Assembly (NCBI GenBank): GCA_030390025.1
Contig: JASTWF010000346.1
Location: 434,001-498,000 of the forward strand
DNA length: 64,000 nt
Direction of reading: 5' to 3'
From: Squalus acanthias
Lineage: Eukaryota
In this document: one piece after another, positions 10,650 to 24,655 of the stretch
Layout: every line of letters begins with the position of its first letter
Position numbering within the stretch: the first letter of the stretch is position 1
Notes under the pieces: model-generated
The model's database searches: none
What the model was told of the DNA's origin: nothing
Seen by the model: only the letters and a program-made list of their open reading frames with translations
Program-made: the position numbers and the translations under genes

Positions 10650-11594
10650 ATGACAGGAAGTCTCGGACCCGTTTCATGCTCCTCCTGTGCCATGTGGGAA
10701 ACCAGGGACACTTCCAGTGTCCCTGACAACTACGTGTGCGGGAAGTGTGTCCAGCTGCAGCTCCTGACAGCCCGCATGGCGGTGCTGGAGCTGCGGGTGG
10801 ACTCACTCTGGAGCATGCACGATGCCGAGAACTCGGTGAATCGCTCATTTAGTGAGTTGTCCACACCGCAGGTAAAGGCAAGGACAGACAGTGAATGGGT
10901 GACCAAGAAGCAGGGCAATATCAGGAAGGTAGTGCAGGAGTCCCCTGTGGTCATCTCCCTCCAAAACAGGTATGCCGCTTTGGATACTGTTGGGGGAGAT
11001 GGCCTACCAGGGGAAGGCACCAGCAGCCAGGTTCATGGCACCATGGCTGGCTCTGCTGCACAGCAGGGCGGGAAAAAGAGTGGTAGGGCTATAGTGATAG
11101 GGGACTCAATTGTAAGGGGAATAGACAGGAGTTTCTGTGGCCGCAACCGAGATTCCAGGATGGTATGTTGCCTCCCTGGTGCAAGGGTCAAGGATGTCTC
11201 GGAGCGGCTGCAGAACATTCTGAAGAGGGAGGGTGAACAGTCAGCTGTCGTAGTGCATGTAGGTACCAACGATATAGGTAAAAAGCGGGAAGAGGTCCTA
11301 CAAGCAGAATTTAGGGAGCTAGGAGCTAAATTAAAAAGTAGGACCTCTAAGGTAGTAATCTCTGGATTGCTACCAGGGCCACGTGCTAATCAGAATAGAG
11401 AGAACAGGATAGTGAGATTGAATACGTGGCTTGAGCAGTGGTGCAGGAGGGAGGGATTCAAATTCCTGAGGCATTGGAACCAGTTCTGGGGGAAGTGGGA
11501 CCTGTACAAAAGGGACGGTCTGCACTTGGGCAGGACTGGAACCGATGTCCTCGGGGTAATATTTGCTAAAGCAGTTCGGGAGGATTTAAACTAA
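10650..11594 (+). CDS. CR1 ORF1p: CxxC...CxxC zinc finger, coiled coil, SGNH/GDSL esterase-like domain (314 aa)
   Basis: CSSC...CGKC; leucine-zipper-like LLTARMAVLELRVDSL; esterase blocks IGDS, PGA, GTND and DGLH. Confidence 0.9.
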   Translation: MTGSLGPVSCSSCAMWETRDTSSVPDNYVCGKCVQLQLLTARMAVLELRVDSLWSMHDAENSVNRSFSELSTPQVKARTDSEWVTKKQGNIRKVVQESPVVISLQNRYAALDTVGGDGLPGEGTSSQVHGTMAGSAAQQGGKKSGRAIVIGDSIVRGIDRSFCGRNRDSRMVCCLPGARVKDVSERLQNILKREGEQSAVVVHVGTNDIGKKREEVLQAEFRELGAKLKSRTSKVVISGLLPGPRANQNRENRIVRLNTWLEQWCRREGFKFLRHWNQFWGKWDLYKRDGLHLGRTGTDVLGVIFAKAVREDLN

Positions 11595-11641
11595 TATGGC
11601 AGGGGAATGGGAACCTATGTAGCGAAACAGGGGGAAGTAAT

Positions 11642-14577
11642 ATGCAGTCAGAAACAAATGTTAGAAGGGTGAGAAACAATAGGGGAAGGCCGAGTAAACA
11701 AAGGCAAGAAACACAAAGGGCCATACTAAATCATAAGTCTAAAAGGACAAAGGATGTTAATAAAACAAGCCTAAAGGCTCTGTGTCTTAATGCAAGGAGT
11801 ATCCGTAATAAGGTGGATGAATTGACTGTGCAAGTAGATGTTAACGGATACGATGTGATTGGGATTACAGAGACGTGGCTCCAGAACAATCAAGGCTGGG
11901 AACTGAACATCCAGGGGTATTCAACATTCAGAAAGGATAGAATAAAAGGAAAAGGGGGTGGGGTAGCATTGCTGGTTAAAGAGGAGATTAATGCAATAGC
12001 TAGGAAGGACATCAGCTTGGAGGATGTGGAATCAATATGGGTTGAGCTGCAGAACACCAAAGGGCAGAAAACGTTAGTGGGAGTTGTGTACAGACCTCCA
12101 AACAGCAGTAGTGAGGTGGGGGAGGGTATGAAACAGGAAATCAGAGGTGCGTGCAATAAAGGCACGGCAGTTATCATGGGTGACTTTAATATGCATATAG
12201 ATTGGGCTACTCAAACTGGAAGCAATACGGTGGAGGAGGATTTCCTGGAGTGTTTAAGGGATGGTTTCCTAAACCAATATGTTGAGGAACCAACTCGAGG
12301 GGAGGCCATCCTGGACTGGGTGTTGTGTAATGAGGAAGGACTAATCAGCAATCTTGTGGTACGAGGCCCCCTGGGGAAGAGTGACCATAGTATGGTGGAG
12401 TTCTACATTAGGATGGAGAAGGAAACAGTTAAGTCAGAGACCATGGTCCAGAACTTAAATAAGGGCAACTTTGAGGGTATGAGGCGTGAATTGGCGAGGT
12501 TAAATTGGCAAGCTATATTTAAGGGGCTATCAGTGGAAGGGCAATGGCAGACATTTAGAGATCGCATGGATGAACTACAACAATTGTACATCCCGGTCTG
12601 GCGTAAAAATAAAAAAGGGAAGGTGGCGCAACCATGGTTAACAAGGGAAATCAGGGATAGTATTAAAAGCAAGGAAGTTGCATACAAATTGGCCAGAAGT
12701 AGCAGCAAACCCGGGGACTGGGAGAACTTCAAAACTCAGCAGAGGAGGACGAAGGGTTTGATTAGGGCAGGGAAAATAAAATATGAAAGGAAGCTTGCAG
12801 AGAGCATTAAAATGGACTGCAAAAGCTTCTATAAATATGTAAAAAGAAAGAGGTTAGTAAAAACAAACGTAGGTCCCCTGCAGTCGGAAACAGGGGAAGT
12901 CGTAATGGGGAACAAGGAAATGGCAGATCAATTGAACAAGTACTTTGGTTCGGTGTTTACTGTGGAGGACACACACAACCTGCCGGAAATAAAAGGGGTC
13001 AGAGGATCTGGTAAGAGGGAGGAGCTCAGGGAAATCCTTATTAGTCGGGAAAAGTTATTGGGGAAATTGATGGGACTGAAGGCTGATAAATCCCCAGGGC
13101 CTGATGGTCTGCATCCCAGAGTACTTAAGGAGGTGGCCTTGGAAATAGTGGCTGCATTGACGATCATTTTCCAACATTCCTTAGACTCTGGATCAGTTCC
13201 GATGGAGTGGAGGGTGGCCAATGTAACCCCTCTTTTTAAAAAAGGAGGGAGGGAGAAAGCAGGGAATTATAGACCGGTCAGCCTGACATCAGTCGTGGGT
13301 AAAATGATGGAAGCAATTATTAAAGATGTCATAACAGACCATTTGGAAAGTGGCGACATGATAGGTCCAAGTCAGCATGGATTTGTGAAAGGGAAATCAT
13401 GCTTGACAAATCTTCTGGAATTTTTTGAGGATGTTTCCAATAGGGTGGACAGGGGGAACCAGTAGATGTGGTGTATTTGGACTTTCAGAAGGCCTTCGAC
13501 AAGGTCCCACACAAGAGATTGGTGAGCAAAGTTAAAGCACATGGGATTGCGGGTAATGTGTTGACGTGGATTGAGAACTGGTTGGCACACAGGAAACAAA
13601 GAGTAGGAGTAAATGGGTACTTTTCAGAATGGCAGGCAGTGACCAGCGGGGTACCGCAGGGTTCGGTGCTGGGACCCCAGCTGTTTACATTATATATTAA
13701 TGATTTGGACGAAGGGATTAAATGTAATATCTCCAAATTTGCGGATGACACTAAATTGGGAGGCAGTGTGAACAATGAGGAGGATGCTAGGAGGCTACAG
13801 AGTGACTTGGACAGGTTGGGTGAATGGGCAAATGTATGGCAGATGAAGTACAATGTGGATAAATGTGAGGTTATCCACTTTGGTGGTAAAAATAGAGAGG
13901 CGGACTATTACCTGAATGGTGGCAGATTAGGGAAAGGGGAGGTGCAACGAGACCTGGGCGTCATGGTACATCAGTCACTGAAGGTGGGAATGCAAGTGCA
14001 GCAGGCAGTCAAGAAAGCAAACGGAATGATGGCCTTCATAGTAAGGGGATTTGAGTACAGGAGTAGGGAGGTGATGCTGCAGTTGTACAGGGCCTTGGTG
14101 AGGCCACACCTGGAGTATTGTGCGCAGTTTTGGTCTCCTAACTTAAGGAAGGACATTCTTGCTATTGAGGGAGTGCAGCGAAGGTTCACTAGATTGATTC
14201 CTGGGATGGCCGGACTGACATATCAAGAAAGATTGGGTCAACTGAACTTGTATCCTCTGGAGTTCAGAAGAATGAGGGGGGATCTTATAGAGACATTTAA
14301 AATCCTGACTGGTTTAGACAAATTAGATGCGGGCAGAATGTTCCCAATGTTAGGGAAAACTAGAACCAGGGGTCACAGTCTAAGGATTAAGGGGAAGCCA
14401 TTTAAGACTGAGCTGAGGAGGAACTTCTTCACCCAGAGAGTGGTGAATCTATGGAATTCTCTTCCACAGAAGGTTGTTGAGGCCAGTTCGCTAAATATAT
14501 TCAAAAGGGAGTTAGATATAACACTCACAACTAGGGGGATCAAGGGGTATGGCGAGAAAGCAGGAATGGGGTACTGA
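11642..14577 (+). pseudogene. CR1 ORF2 (APE endonuclease + reverse transcriptase) with one 1-bp frameshift at ~13452-13456
   Basis: EN motifs NARS, ITETW, GDFN, SDH; RT motifs YRPVSLTS, LDFQKAFD, GVPQGSVLGP, FADD; the two ORF halves join if one G is added to the G5 run. Confidence 0.9.
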
Positions 14578-14681
14578 GGTAGCATGTTCAGCCATGAACG
14601 CATTGAATGGCGGTGCAGGCTCGAAGGACCGAATGGTCTACTCCTGTACCTATTTTCTATGTTTCTATGTTTCTATGTTTC

Positions 14682-15145
14682 TAAATCTCCTCTGCACCCT
14701 CTCAAGGGCCTTCACATCCTTCCTAAAGTGTGGTGACCAGAACTGGATGCAATACTCCAGTTGTGGCCTAACTAGCGCTTTATAAAGGTTCAGCATAACT
14801 TCTCTACTTTTGTACTCAATACCTCTATTTATGAAGCCCAAGATCCCATATGCTTTGCTAACCACTCTCTCAATATGTCCTGCCACCTTCAGGGACCTAT
14901 GCACATTAACTCCCAGGTCCCTCTGTCCCTGCACACTCTTTAAAACTGTGCCGTTAAGTGTATATTGCCTCTCCCTGTTCCTTCTGCCAAAATGCATCAC
15001 CTCACACTTCTCTGTATTAAATTCCATCTGCCACTTGTCTGCCCATTCTGCTAGCCTTTCTATGTCCTGTTACAGTCGATTGGTATCATCCTCACTGTTT
15101 GCCACACCCCCAAGTTTGGTGTCATCGGCAAATTTAGAAGTCACA
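14682..15145 (-). mobile_element. Older CR1 LINE, upstream continuation of 9475-9939 (5' truncated)
   Basis: Minus-strand MEFNTEKCEVMHFG...LVRPQLEYCIQFWSP; sequence is contiguous across the young CR1 insertion. Confidence 0.9.
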
Positions 15146-15222
15146 TAATTTCAACCTACACAGCTCTGACCCACCTCCCAGCACTCAGATCAGAGTGGTA
15201 GAGGAGTGGGGTGGGTGCTTGA

Positions 15223-18200
15223 CCTAAGAATGGTGCATTACACCTGGGTATGGCATATTACACTTGAGAATGGTACATTGCACCTGAGAATGGTACATTG
15301 CACCTGAGAACAGTACATTGCACCTGAGAATGGTACATTGCACCTGAGAATGGCACATTGCACCTGAGAATGGTACATTGCACCTGAGAATGGTACATTG
15401 CACCTGCGAATGGTATATTGCACCTGAGAATGGTACATTGCCCCTGAGAATGGTACATTGCACCTGAGAATGGTACATTGCACCTGAGAATGCTACATTG
15501 CACCTGAGAATGATACATTGCACCTGAGAATGATACATTGCACCTGAGAATGATACATTGCACCTGAGGATGGTACATTGCACCTGAGAATGATACATTG
15601 CACCTGAGGATGGTACATTGCACCTGAGAATGGAACATTGCACCTGAGAATGGTACATTGCACCTGAGAATGGTATATTGCACCTGAGAATGGTATATTG
15701 CACCTGAGAATGGTACATTGCCCCTGAGAATGGTACATTGCACCTGAGAATGGTAGCACCTGAGAATGCTACATTGCACCTGAGAATGACACATTGCACC
15801 TGAGAATGATACATTGCACCTGAGAATGATACATTGCACCTGAGGATGGTACATTGCACCTGAGAATGATACATTGCACCTGAGGATGGTACATTGCACC
15901 TGAGAATGGAACATTGCACCTGAGAATGGTACATTGCACCTGAGAATGGTATATTGCACCTGAGAATGGTACATTGCACCTGAGAATGGTACATTGCACC
16001 TGAGAATGGTACATTGCCCCTGAGAATGGTACATTGCACCTGAGAATGGTACATTGCACCTGAGAATGATACATTGCACCTGAGAATGATACATTGCACC
16101 TGAGAATGATACATTGCACCTGAGGATGGTACATTGCACCTGAGAATGGAACATTGCACCTGAGAATGATACATTGCACCTGAGAATGGTACATTGCACC
16201 TGAGGATGGTACATTGCACCTGAGAATGGAACATTGCACCTGAGGATGGTACATTGCACCTGAGAATGGAACATTGCACCTGAGAATGGTACATTGCCCC
16301 TGAGAATGGTACATTGCCCCTGAGAATGGTACATTGCACCTGAGGATGGTACATTGCACCTGAGAATGGAACATTGCACCTGAGAATGGTACATTGCACC
16401 TGAGAATGGTACATTGCACCTGAGAATGGTACAATGCACCTGAGAATGGTACATTGCCCCTGAGAATGGTACATTGCCCCTGAGAATGGTACATTGCACC
16501 TGAGAATGGTACATTGCACCTGAGAATGGTACAATGCACCTGAGAATGGTACAATGCACCTGAGAATGGTACATTGCACCTGAGAATGGTACAATGCACC
16601 TGAGAATGGTACAATGCACCTGAGAATGGTACATTGCACCTGAGAATGGTACAATGCACCTGAGAATGGTACAATGCACCTGAGAATGGTATATTGCACC
16701 TGAGAATGGTACATTGCCCCTGAGAATGGTACATTGCACCTGAGAATGATACATTGCACCTGAGAATGGTACATTGCACCTGAGAATGGTACATTGCACC
16801 CGAGAATGTAAATTGCACCTGAGAATGGTACATTGCACCTGAGAATGGTATATTGCACCTGAGAATGGTACATTGCACCTGAGAATGGTACATTGCACCC
16901 GAGAATGTAAATTGCACCTGAGAATGGTACATTGCACCCGAGAATGGTATATTGCATCTGAGAATGGCACATTGCACCTGAGAATGATACATTACACCTG
17001 AGAATGGTACATTGCACCTGAGAATGGTATATTGCATCTGAGAATGGTACATTGCACCATGGAATGATACATTGCACCCGAGAATGTAAATTGCACCTGA
17101 GAATGGTACATTGCACAGAGAATGGTACATTGCACCTGAGAATGGTACATTGCACCTGAGAATGATACACTGCACCTGAGAATGGTACATTGTACCTGAG
17201 AATGGTCCATTGCCATGCGAATGGTACATTGTACCTGAGGATGGTGCATTGCACCTGAGAATGGTACATTGTACCTGAGAATGGTACATTGCCATGAGAA
17301 TGGTACATTGCACCTGAGAATGGTACATTGCCATGAGAATGGTACATTGTACCTGAGGATGGTACATTGCACCTGAGAATGGTACATTGCCCCTGAGAAT
17401 GGTACATTGCACCTGAGAATGGTACATTGCACCTGAGAATGGTACATTGCCATGAGAATGGTACATTGTACCTGAGAATGGTACATTGCACCTGAGGATG
17501 GTACATTGCACCTGAGAATGGTACATTGCCCCTGAGAATGGTACATTGCACCTGAGAATGGTACATTGCCATGAGAATGGTACATTGTACCTGAGAATGG
17601 TACATTGCACCTGAGAATGGTACATTGCACCTGAGAATGATACATTGCCATGAGAATGGTACATTGTACCTGAGAATGGTACATTGCCATGAGAATGGTA
17701 CATTGCACCTGAGAATGGTACATTGCACCTGAGAATGGTACATTGCACCTGAGAATGGTACATTGCACCTGAGAATGATACATTGCCATGAGAATGGTAC
17801 ATTGTACCTGAGAATGGAACATTGCACCTGAGAATGGTACATTGCACCTGAGAATGGTACATTGTACCTGAGAATGGTACATTGCACCTGAGAATGGTAC
17901 ATTGCACCTGAGAACAGTACATTGTACCTGAGAATGGTACATTGTACCTGAGAATGGTACATTGCACCTGAGAATGGTACATTGTACCTGAGAATGGTAC
18001 ATTGTACCTGAGAATGGTACATTGCACCTGAGAATGGTACATTGTACCTGAGAATGGTACATTGCACCTGAGAATGGTACATTGCACCTGAGGATGGTAC
18101 ATTGCACCTGAGAATGGTACATTGCCCCTGAGAATGGTACATTGCACCTGAGAATGGTACATTGCCATGAGAATGGTACATTGTACCTGAGAATGGTACA

Positions 18201-19880
18201 TTGCACCTGAGAATGGTACATTGCACCTGAGAATGATACATTGCCATGAGAATGGTACATTGTACCTGAGAATGGTACATTGCCATGAGAATGGTACATT
18301 GCACCTGAGAATGGTACATTGCACCTGAGAATGGTACATTGCACCTGAGAATGGTACATTGCACCTGAGAATGATACATTGCCATGAGAATGGTACATTG
18401 TACCTGAGAATGGAACATTGCACCTGAGAATGGTACATTGCACCTGAGAATGGTACATTGTACCTGAGAATGGTACATTGCACCTGAGAATGGTACATTG
18501 CACCTGAGAACAGTACATTGCACCTGAGAATGGTACATTGTACCTGAGAATGGTACATTGCACCTGAGAATGGTACATTGTACCTGAGAATGGTACATTG
18601 TACCTGAGAATGGTACATTGCACCTGAGAATGGTACATTGTACCTGAGAATGGTACATTGCACCTGAGAATGGTACATTGCACCTGAGGATGGTACATTG
18701 CACCTGAGAATGGTACATTGCACCTGAGAACGGTACATTGCACCTGAGAATGGTACATTGCACCTGAGAACGGTACATTGCACCTGAGAATGGTACATTG
18801 TACCTGAGAATGGTACATTGCACCTGAGAATGATACATTGCACCTGAGAATGGTACATTGCATCTGAGAATGATACATTGCACCTGAGAATGGTACATTG
18901 CACCTGAGAATGATACATTGCACCTGAGAATGGTACATTGCACCTGAGAATGGTACATTGCACCTGAGAATGATACATTGCACCTGAGAATGGTACATTG
19001 CACCTGAGAATGGTACATTGCACCTGAGAATGATACATTGCCATGAGAATGGTACATTGCACCTGAGAATGGTACATTGCACCTGAGAATGATACATTGC
19101 ACCTGAGAATGGTACATTGCACCTGAGAATGGTACATTGCACCTGAGAATGATACATTGCCATGAGAATGGTACATTGCACCTGAGAATGGTACATTGCA
19201 CCTGAGAATGGTACATTGCACCTGAGAATGGTACATTGCACCTGAGAATGATACATTGCCATGAGAATGGTACATTGCACCTGAGAATGGTACATTGCAC
19301 CTGAGAATGATACATTGCCATGAGAATGGTACATTGTACCTGAGAATGGTACATTGCACCTGAGAATGATACATTGCCATGAGAATGGTACATTGCACCT
19401 GAGAATGGTACATTGCACCTGAGAATGATACATTGCCATGAGAATGGTACATTGCACCTGAGAATGGTACATTGCACCTGAGAATGGTACATTGCACCTG
19501 AGAATGGTACATTGCACCTGAGAATGATACATTGCCATGAGAATGGTACATTGCACCTGAGAATGGTACATTGCACCTGAGAATGATACATTGCCATGAG
19601 AATGGTACATTGTACCTGAGAATGGTACATTGCCATGAGAATGGTACATTGCACCTGAGAATGGTACATTGTACCTGAGAATGGTACATTGCACCTGAGA
19701 ATGGTACATTGCACCTGAGAATGATACATTGCCATGAGAATGGTACATTGTACCTGAGAATGGTACATTGCCATGAGAATGGTACATTGCACCTGAGAAT
19801 GGTACATTGCACCTGAGAATGATACATTGCACCTGAGAACGGTACATTGCACCTGAGAACGGTACATTGCACCTGAGAAT
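15223..19880. repeat. 20-bp minisatellite (CACCTGAGAATGGTACATTG)n, ~235 copies with 19-bp variants
   Basis: Seen directly; variants CCATGAGAATGGTACATTG and CACCCGAGAATGTAAATTG occur in clusters. Confidence 0.97.
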
Positions 19881-19989
19881 TAAACAGCGGGAAAATACCC
19901 CAAAAACTGATGTGGGGTGGCGTGGTAATGGGAACACTGAATCAGTTAATAAAATAAAAGCCAACTCCAGTTGAGACAAAGACCACCTG

Positions 19990-20165
19990 GAGTAATTGAG
20001 ACGAATAGCTTCGATGCATTTAAGGGGAAGCTAGTTAAACACATGAGTGAGAAAGGATGTGTTGATGGGGTGAGATGAACATGGGTGGGAGGAGGCTCGT
20101 GTGGAACATAACCGGCATGGACCAGTTGGGCCGAATGGTCTGTCTCTGTGTTGTGCATTCTGTGT
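19990..20165 (+). mobile_element. CR1 3'-end fragment
   Basis: TTTAAGGGGAAGCTAG...GGACCAGTTGGGCCGAATGGTCTGT. Confidence 0.65.
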
Positions 20166-21374
20166 CATTCTAAGTACAAAAGAGAAATGTATTGCAATTG
20201 CCAGGAGAGAGCAGGTTATCAGGTAGATGTAGTGAACCGTGCTATAAATGAACATGCTCCGGATGTACAAAAAGTGTCCTCTGTTCATCGTGTCCAAGAC
20301 TCCTCCTATTGTAAAAGGATGTGGAAGGCTGTGTAGAGGCAGCCCTGTGAATTGATATAACGGCTCCTCTTCCACAGTCCTCCATGAACAGGTAACAAGA
20401 GCTCAGAAAGGGCAGCAGTCAGGCATCTTCTGAAATTGATGGCCTTTTAACGAGTCAGAACAACAGCTCAGCCCCGAAACAACAACCAAGTGTGATTTTG
20501 TTTGTGTGGTCTAAGAAGCTACTGTTCTCGTGGGTCCGTGTTGAATAAGGTCCGTGTGCTGTGGTGGGCTCTGGGCCAAGGCTGTAATGACAGCCACTTG
20601 CCAGATGTTGGCCTGGAGTCAATGGGATTTCCAGATGCTTTAGCAGCAGATTAAAGACTTACCAAAACAACCAGCGTGTGTGTGATGTTTGAATTAGTGG
20701 CAACGAGCAAGGATTGTTAGAAACCAATGGCCTGCGACTGTCAATCTATCTGCCTGTTTCTCTCTTTTGTCCCTCTTTCTACTCATTAAGAACGGATTCC
20801 TCAGAGCCGTCTCTGTGAAATTGGCATTGTTCAATTCCTAGAAACCCTGGAGGGAAAGGGGTAAGAAAGCAGCTGAGTGAATCGGACAAGCAACCTACTG
20901 CGTCACAGAGTCCTGGGGCATGATTCCCAAAATGCTCATTTACCAGTCTCCGCCAGCCCATAGTGTAGAGATGTGGATAGGAAGATGGGGACTTGTGCAG
21001 AGGGGAGGGAGAGGATATTGGTGGAGCCAGCTATCCCAGTGTCGATCTCGTGCCTCTCCGAGCTCACACTGGCAGTGCTTGTGACACAGGCCACTAGGCT
21101 AGTGAGCAATACTGACCGAGCACGTCCCCATCTTTCATCACCTGCTGAATTAGCTGACTGCCGCACCAGGTGATGATTGGGACGGAGTATTCCGACGCCC
21201 CTTGTCACTGAGAGGGTCTTGCCCAGAGCAGGCAGTTCATTGGTAAATCACGGGCAGTGCACCCGCGATTCTTCAGTGAGGCACCCGCTGAGTGGGAGGC
21301 CCCTTGGGGGCATCGGAGAATCCAGCCTCGTATATTCAGGCGAGGGGGAGGGGTCTGGCTTGTGATCTCTAGAT

Positions 21375-22635
21375 TGATTGATTCCTGGGTTGAGAGGGTT
21401 GTCCTATGAGGAGAGATTGAGTAGAATGGGCTTATATTCTCTGGAGTTTAGAAGAATTAAATGTATAAAATTCTTAGAGGGCTTGACAGGGTAGATGCTG
21501 AGAGGCTGTTTCACCTGGCTGGAGAGTCTCGAACTAGGGGGCATAGGCTCAGGATAAGGGGTCGGCCATTTAGGACTGAGATGAGGAGAAATTTCTTCAC
21601 TGGGAGGGTTGTGAATCTTTGGAATTCTTTACCCCAAAGGGCTGTGGATGCTGAATCGTTGAGTATATTCAAGACTGAGATCGAAGATTTTTATGCACTA
21701 AGCAAGTAACATTCGAGCCACACAAGTGCCAGGCAATGACTATCTCCAATAACCGAGAGTCTAACCACCTCCCCTTGACATTCAATCGCATTACCATCGC
21801 CGAATCTCCCAACATCAACATCCTGGGGGGTCACCATTGACCAGAAACTTAACTGGACCAGCCACATAAATAGTGTGGCTACAAGAGCAGGTCAGAGGCT
21901 AGGTATTCTGTGGCGAGTGTCTCACCTCCTGACTCTCCAAAGCCTTTCTATGATCTACAAGGTACAAGTCAGGAGTGATGGAATACTCTCCACTTGCCTG
22001 GATGAGTGCAGCTCCAACAACACTCAAGAAGCTTGACACCATCCAAGACAAAGCAGCCCGCTTGATTGCCAACCCATCCACCACCTTAAACATTCACTCC
22101 CTCCACCACTGGCGTACCGTGGCTGCAGTGTGTACCATCTACAAGATGCACTGCAGCAACTCGCCAAGGCTGCTTTGACAGCACCTCCCAAACCCACGAC
22201 CTCTTCCTCCTAGAAGGACAAGGGCAGCAGGCGCATGGGAACACCACCAACTCCAAGTTCCCCTCCAAGTCACACACCGTCCTGACTTAGAAGTATATCG
22301 CCGATCCTTCATCGTCGCTGTGTCAAAATCCTGGAACTCCCTCCCTAACAGCACTGTGGGAGTACCTTCACCACACGGACTGCAGCGGTTCAAGAAGGCG
22401 GTTCACCACCACCTTCTCGAGGGCAATTAGGGATGGCAATAAATGCTGGCCTTGCCAGCGATGCCCACATCCCATAAACGAATTTTAAAAAAACGCACTA
22501 AGGGAATTGAGGGATATACCGATCAGGCAGGAAAATGGCGATGAGGTTGAAGATCAGCCATGATCTTATTGAATGGCGGAGCAGGCTCGAGGGTTCCATA
22601 TGGCCGACTCCTGCTCCTAATACTCATGTTCTTAA
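21375..22635 (+). mobile_element. CR1 3' fragment (21375-21700, 22495-22635) interrupted by a second LINE family 3' fragment (21700-22492)
   Basis: YKILRGLDRVDAERLF...WNSLPQ; the insert encodes MEYSPLAWMSAAPTTLKKLDTIQDKAARLI...LHHWRTVAAVC and ends in an A-rich tail. Confidence 0.8.
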
Positions 22636-22861
22636 TTACTTTGTCAGAGGGAGAGGTTGATGCTTCCTAATGACTCCTCCTGCTCAAAGTGATCGTGTGC
22701 GCAGAGCAACAGACTCGGCTGGGGCACATCCTTCGGGTCAAATAGTCGGCAAATACTCATTGGCTCATGCATGACCAATGGGGTACTGAGCAAAGGTATC
22801 GGTCTGTAACCTGTGGAGCAGTACTCAACAGTCAGTACCTTCGGGAGAGCAGAGGTAATAA

Positions 22862-23320
22862 GAAAAGAAAAGAACTTGCATTTATATAGCGCCCTTCACA
22901 GCCTCAGGACGTCCCAAAGTGCTCTACAGCCAATGAAGTACTTTTGAAGTGTAGTCACTGTTGTAATGTAGGAAACGTGGCAGCCGATTTGCGCACAGCA
23001 AGCTCCCACAAACAGCAATGTGACAATGACCAGTGATGTTGGTTGAGGGATAAATATTGGCCCAGGACTCCGGGGAGAACTCCCCCTCCTCTTCTTCAAA
23101 ATAGTGGCCGTGGGATCTTTTACGTACACCTGAGAGGATGGATGGGGCCCTGGTTTAAGGTCTCATCCAAAAGACAGCACCTCCGGCAGTGCAGCGCTCC
23201 CTCAGTACCGCACTGGGACAGTCAGCCTGGATTATGAGCTCAAGTCTCTGGAGTGGGACTCAAACCCACGATGTTCTGACTCAGAGGTGAGAGTGTGACC
23301 CACTGAGCCAAGGTTGACAC
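22862..23320 (-). mobile_element. SacSINE1/DeuSINE-like SINE, full length
   Basis: Family sequence from head to tail. Confidence 0.85.
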
Positions 23321-23924
23321 CACAATGCAATGTAACACGGAACTCCCCAGGGGTTGCGTGGAGTGCAGTGTCACCAGGAGGCAACGAATAGCCGAGTTCA
23401 AGTCCACAGTCTCAGGAATTCTCGGTGTGTGGGAAATCCCACACAAGCCCAGGCCAAGCTGAAACATCAAACCATGGCCTGGGCGCCTTGGGAGACGCCT
23501 GTCACTATTTCCCACAGTGCCAGGCATTTACCTCCGTTGCTCAGACTTCCTTTTAGTTTCCCAGGGCTTGAATTTAACATCAACTCGATAGGAAAATGCC
23601 AGTGAAATTCCTTAATGCTGCTGGCCCCCTTATTCTGCCCAGTGCTGGTGAGATCAGTTGTCAGAATTACAAGATCCATTGGCGAACACTGTGGAAAAAA
23701 ATGGATGGAGAAATTAATTCTACGGCTATTATTTTCTAAATTGTGCTGGCGGGATGGGCTGATGCCATGATGTCCTTTTGTCTCGAGGATTTAGGATTGA
23801 ATCCAGCCCAGACTGACGGGAGCATAATTTCCTCTCTCCGACACCTGTGAGGAGCCCAAGGAATAGGGGTCGGTGCAGATTTAACTCAGTGAGCGTGAAG
23901 TCACAGCACAAAACTGTTTGCAAT

Positions 23925-24655
23925 TGAGGAAGAAGGGAAGAAGGAAGGACGGAGGAGGGAGGGAGGGGAGGAAGGAGGGAGGAGGGAGGGAGGGAGGGGA
24001 GGAAGGGAAGAAGGGAGGGAGGAAGGGAAGAAGGAAGGAGGGAGGAGGGAGGGATGAAATGAGGAAGGGAAGAAGGGAGGGAGGAAGGGATGAAGGAAGG
24101 AGGGAGGAGGGAGGGATGAAGGGAGGAAGGGAAGAAGGGAGGGAGGAAGGGAAGAAGGAAGGAGGGAGGAGGGAAGGAGGGAGGGAGGAAGGGAAGAAGG
24201 GAGGGAGGAAGAGAAGAAGGAAGGAGGGAGGAGGGAGGATGAAGGGAGGAAGGGAAGAAGGGAGGGAGGGAGGAAGGGAAGAAGGAAGGAGGGAGGAGGG
24301 AGGATGAAGGGAGGGAGGAAGGGAAGAAGGAGGGAGGAAAAAGGGAGGGAACGAGGGTGGGAGGAAGGGAAGAAGGGGGAAGTAGGGAGAGAAGGAGTGA
24401 GGCAAGGAGGAAGGGAGGAAGGAGGAAGGGAGGGAGGGAAGGAGGGAGGAAAAAAGTAGGGTGGGAGGGAGGGAGGGAGTAAGGGAAGAAGGAAGGGAAG
24501 GGAGAAAGAAGGAAGGATGGAGAGAGGAAGGATGGAGAGAGGAGGGAAGGAAGGAGGGAAGGAGGGAGTGAATGAGGGAGGGAGGAAGGGAAGAAGGAAA
24601 AGAAGGAAGGGGAAGGAGGGAGGGAAGGAAGGAAGGAAGGAAGGAAGGAAAGAAA
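23925..24655. repeat. Polypurine low-complexity tract (GGAA/GGGA-rich)
   Basis: About 730 bp almost entirely G and A. Confidence 0.95.

Larger units (their letters stand above)
9940..14681 (+). mobile_element. Young full-length CR1-clade LINE
   Basis: 5' tandem monomers, ORF1, ORF2, 3'UTR and (TTTCTATG)n tail; TAAA duplicated at 9936-9939 and 14682-14685; splits an older antisense CR1. Confidence 0.93.

Noticed and set aside
15224..19979. Very long Cys/His-rich ORFs (up to 1547 aa) on the minus strand
   Set aside because: They are translations of a stop-free 20-bp minisatellite, open in all three frames
20031..20375. Minus-strand ORF starting EEEPLYQF (resembles a RhoGEF motif)
   Set aside because: The similarity is only a few residues, the start is not ATG, and the ORF runs into a CR1 fragment
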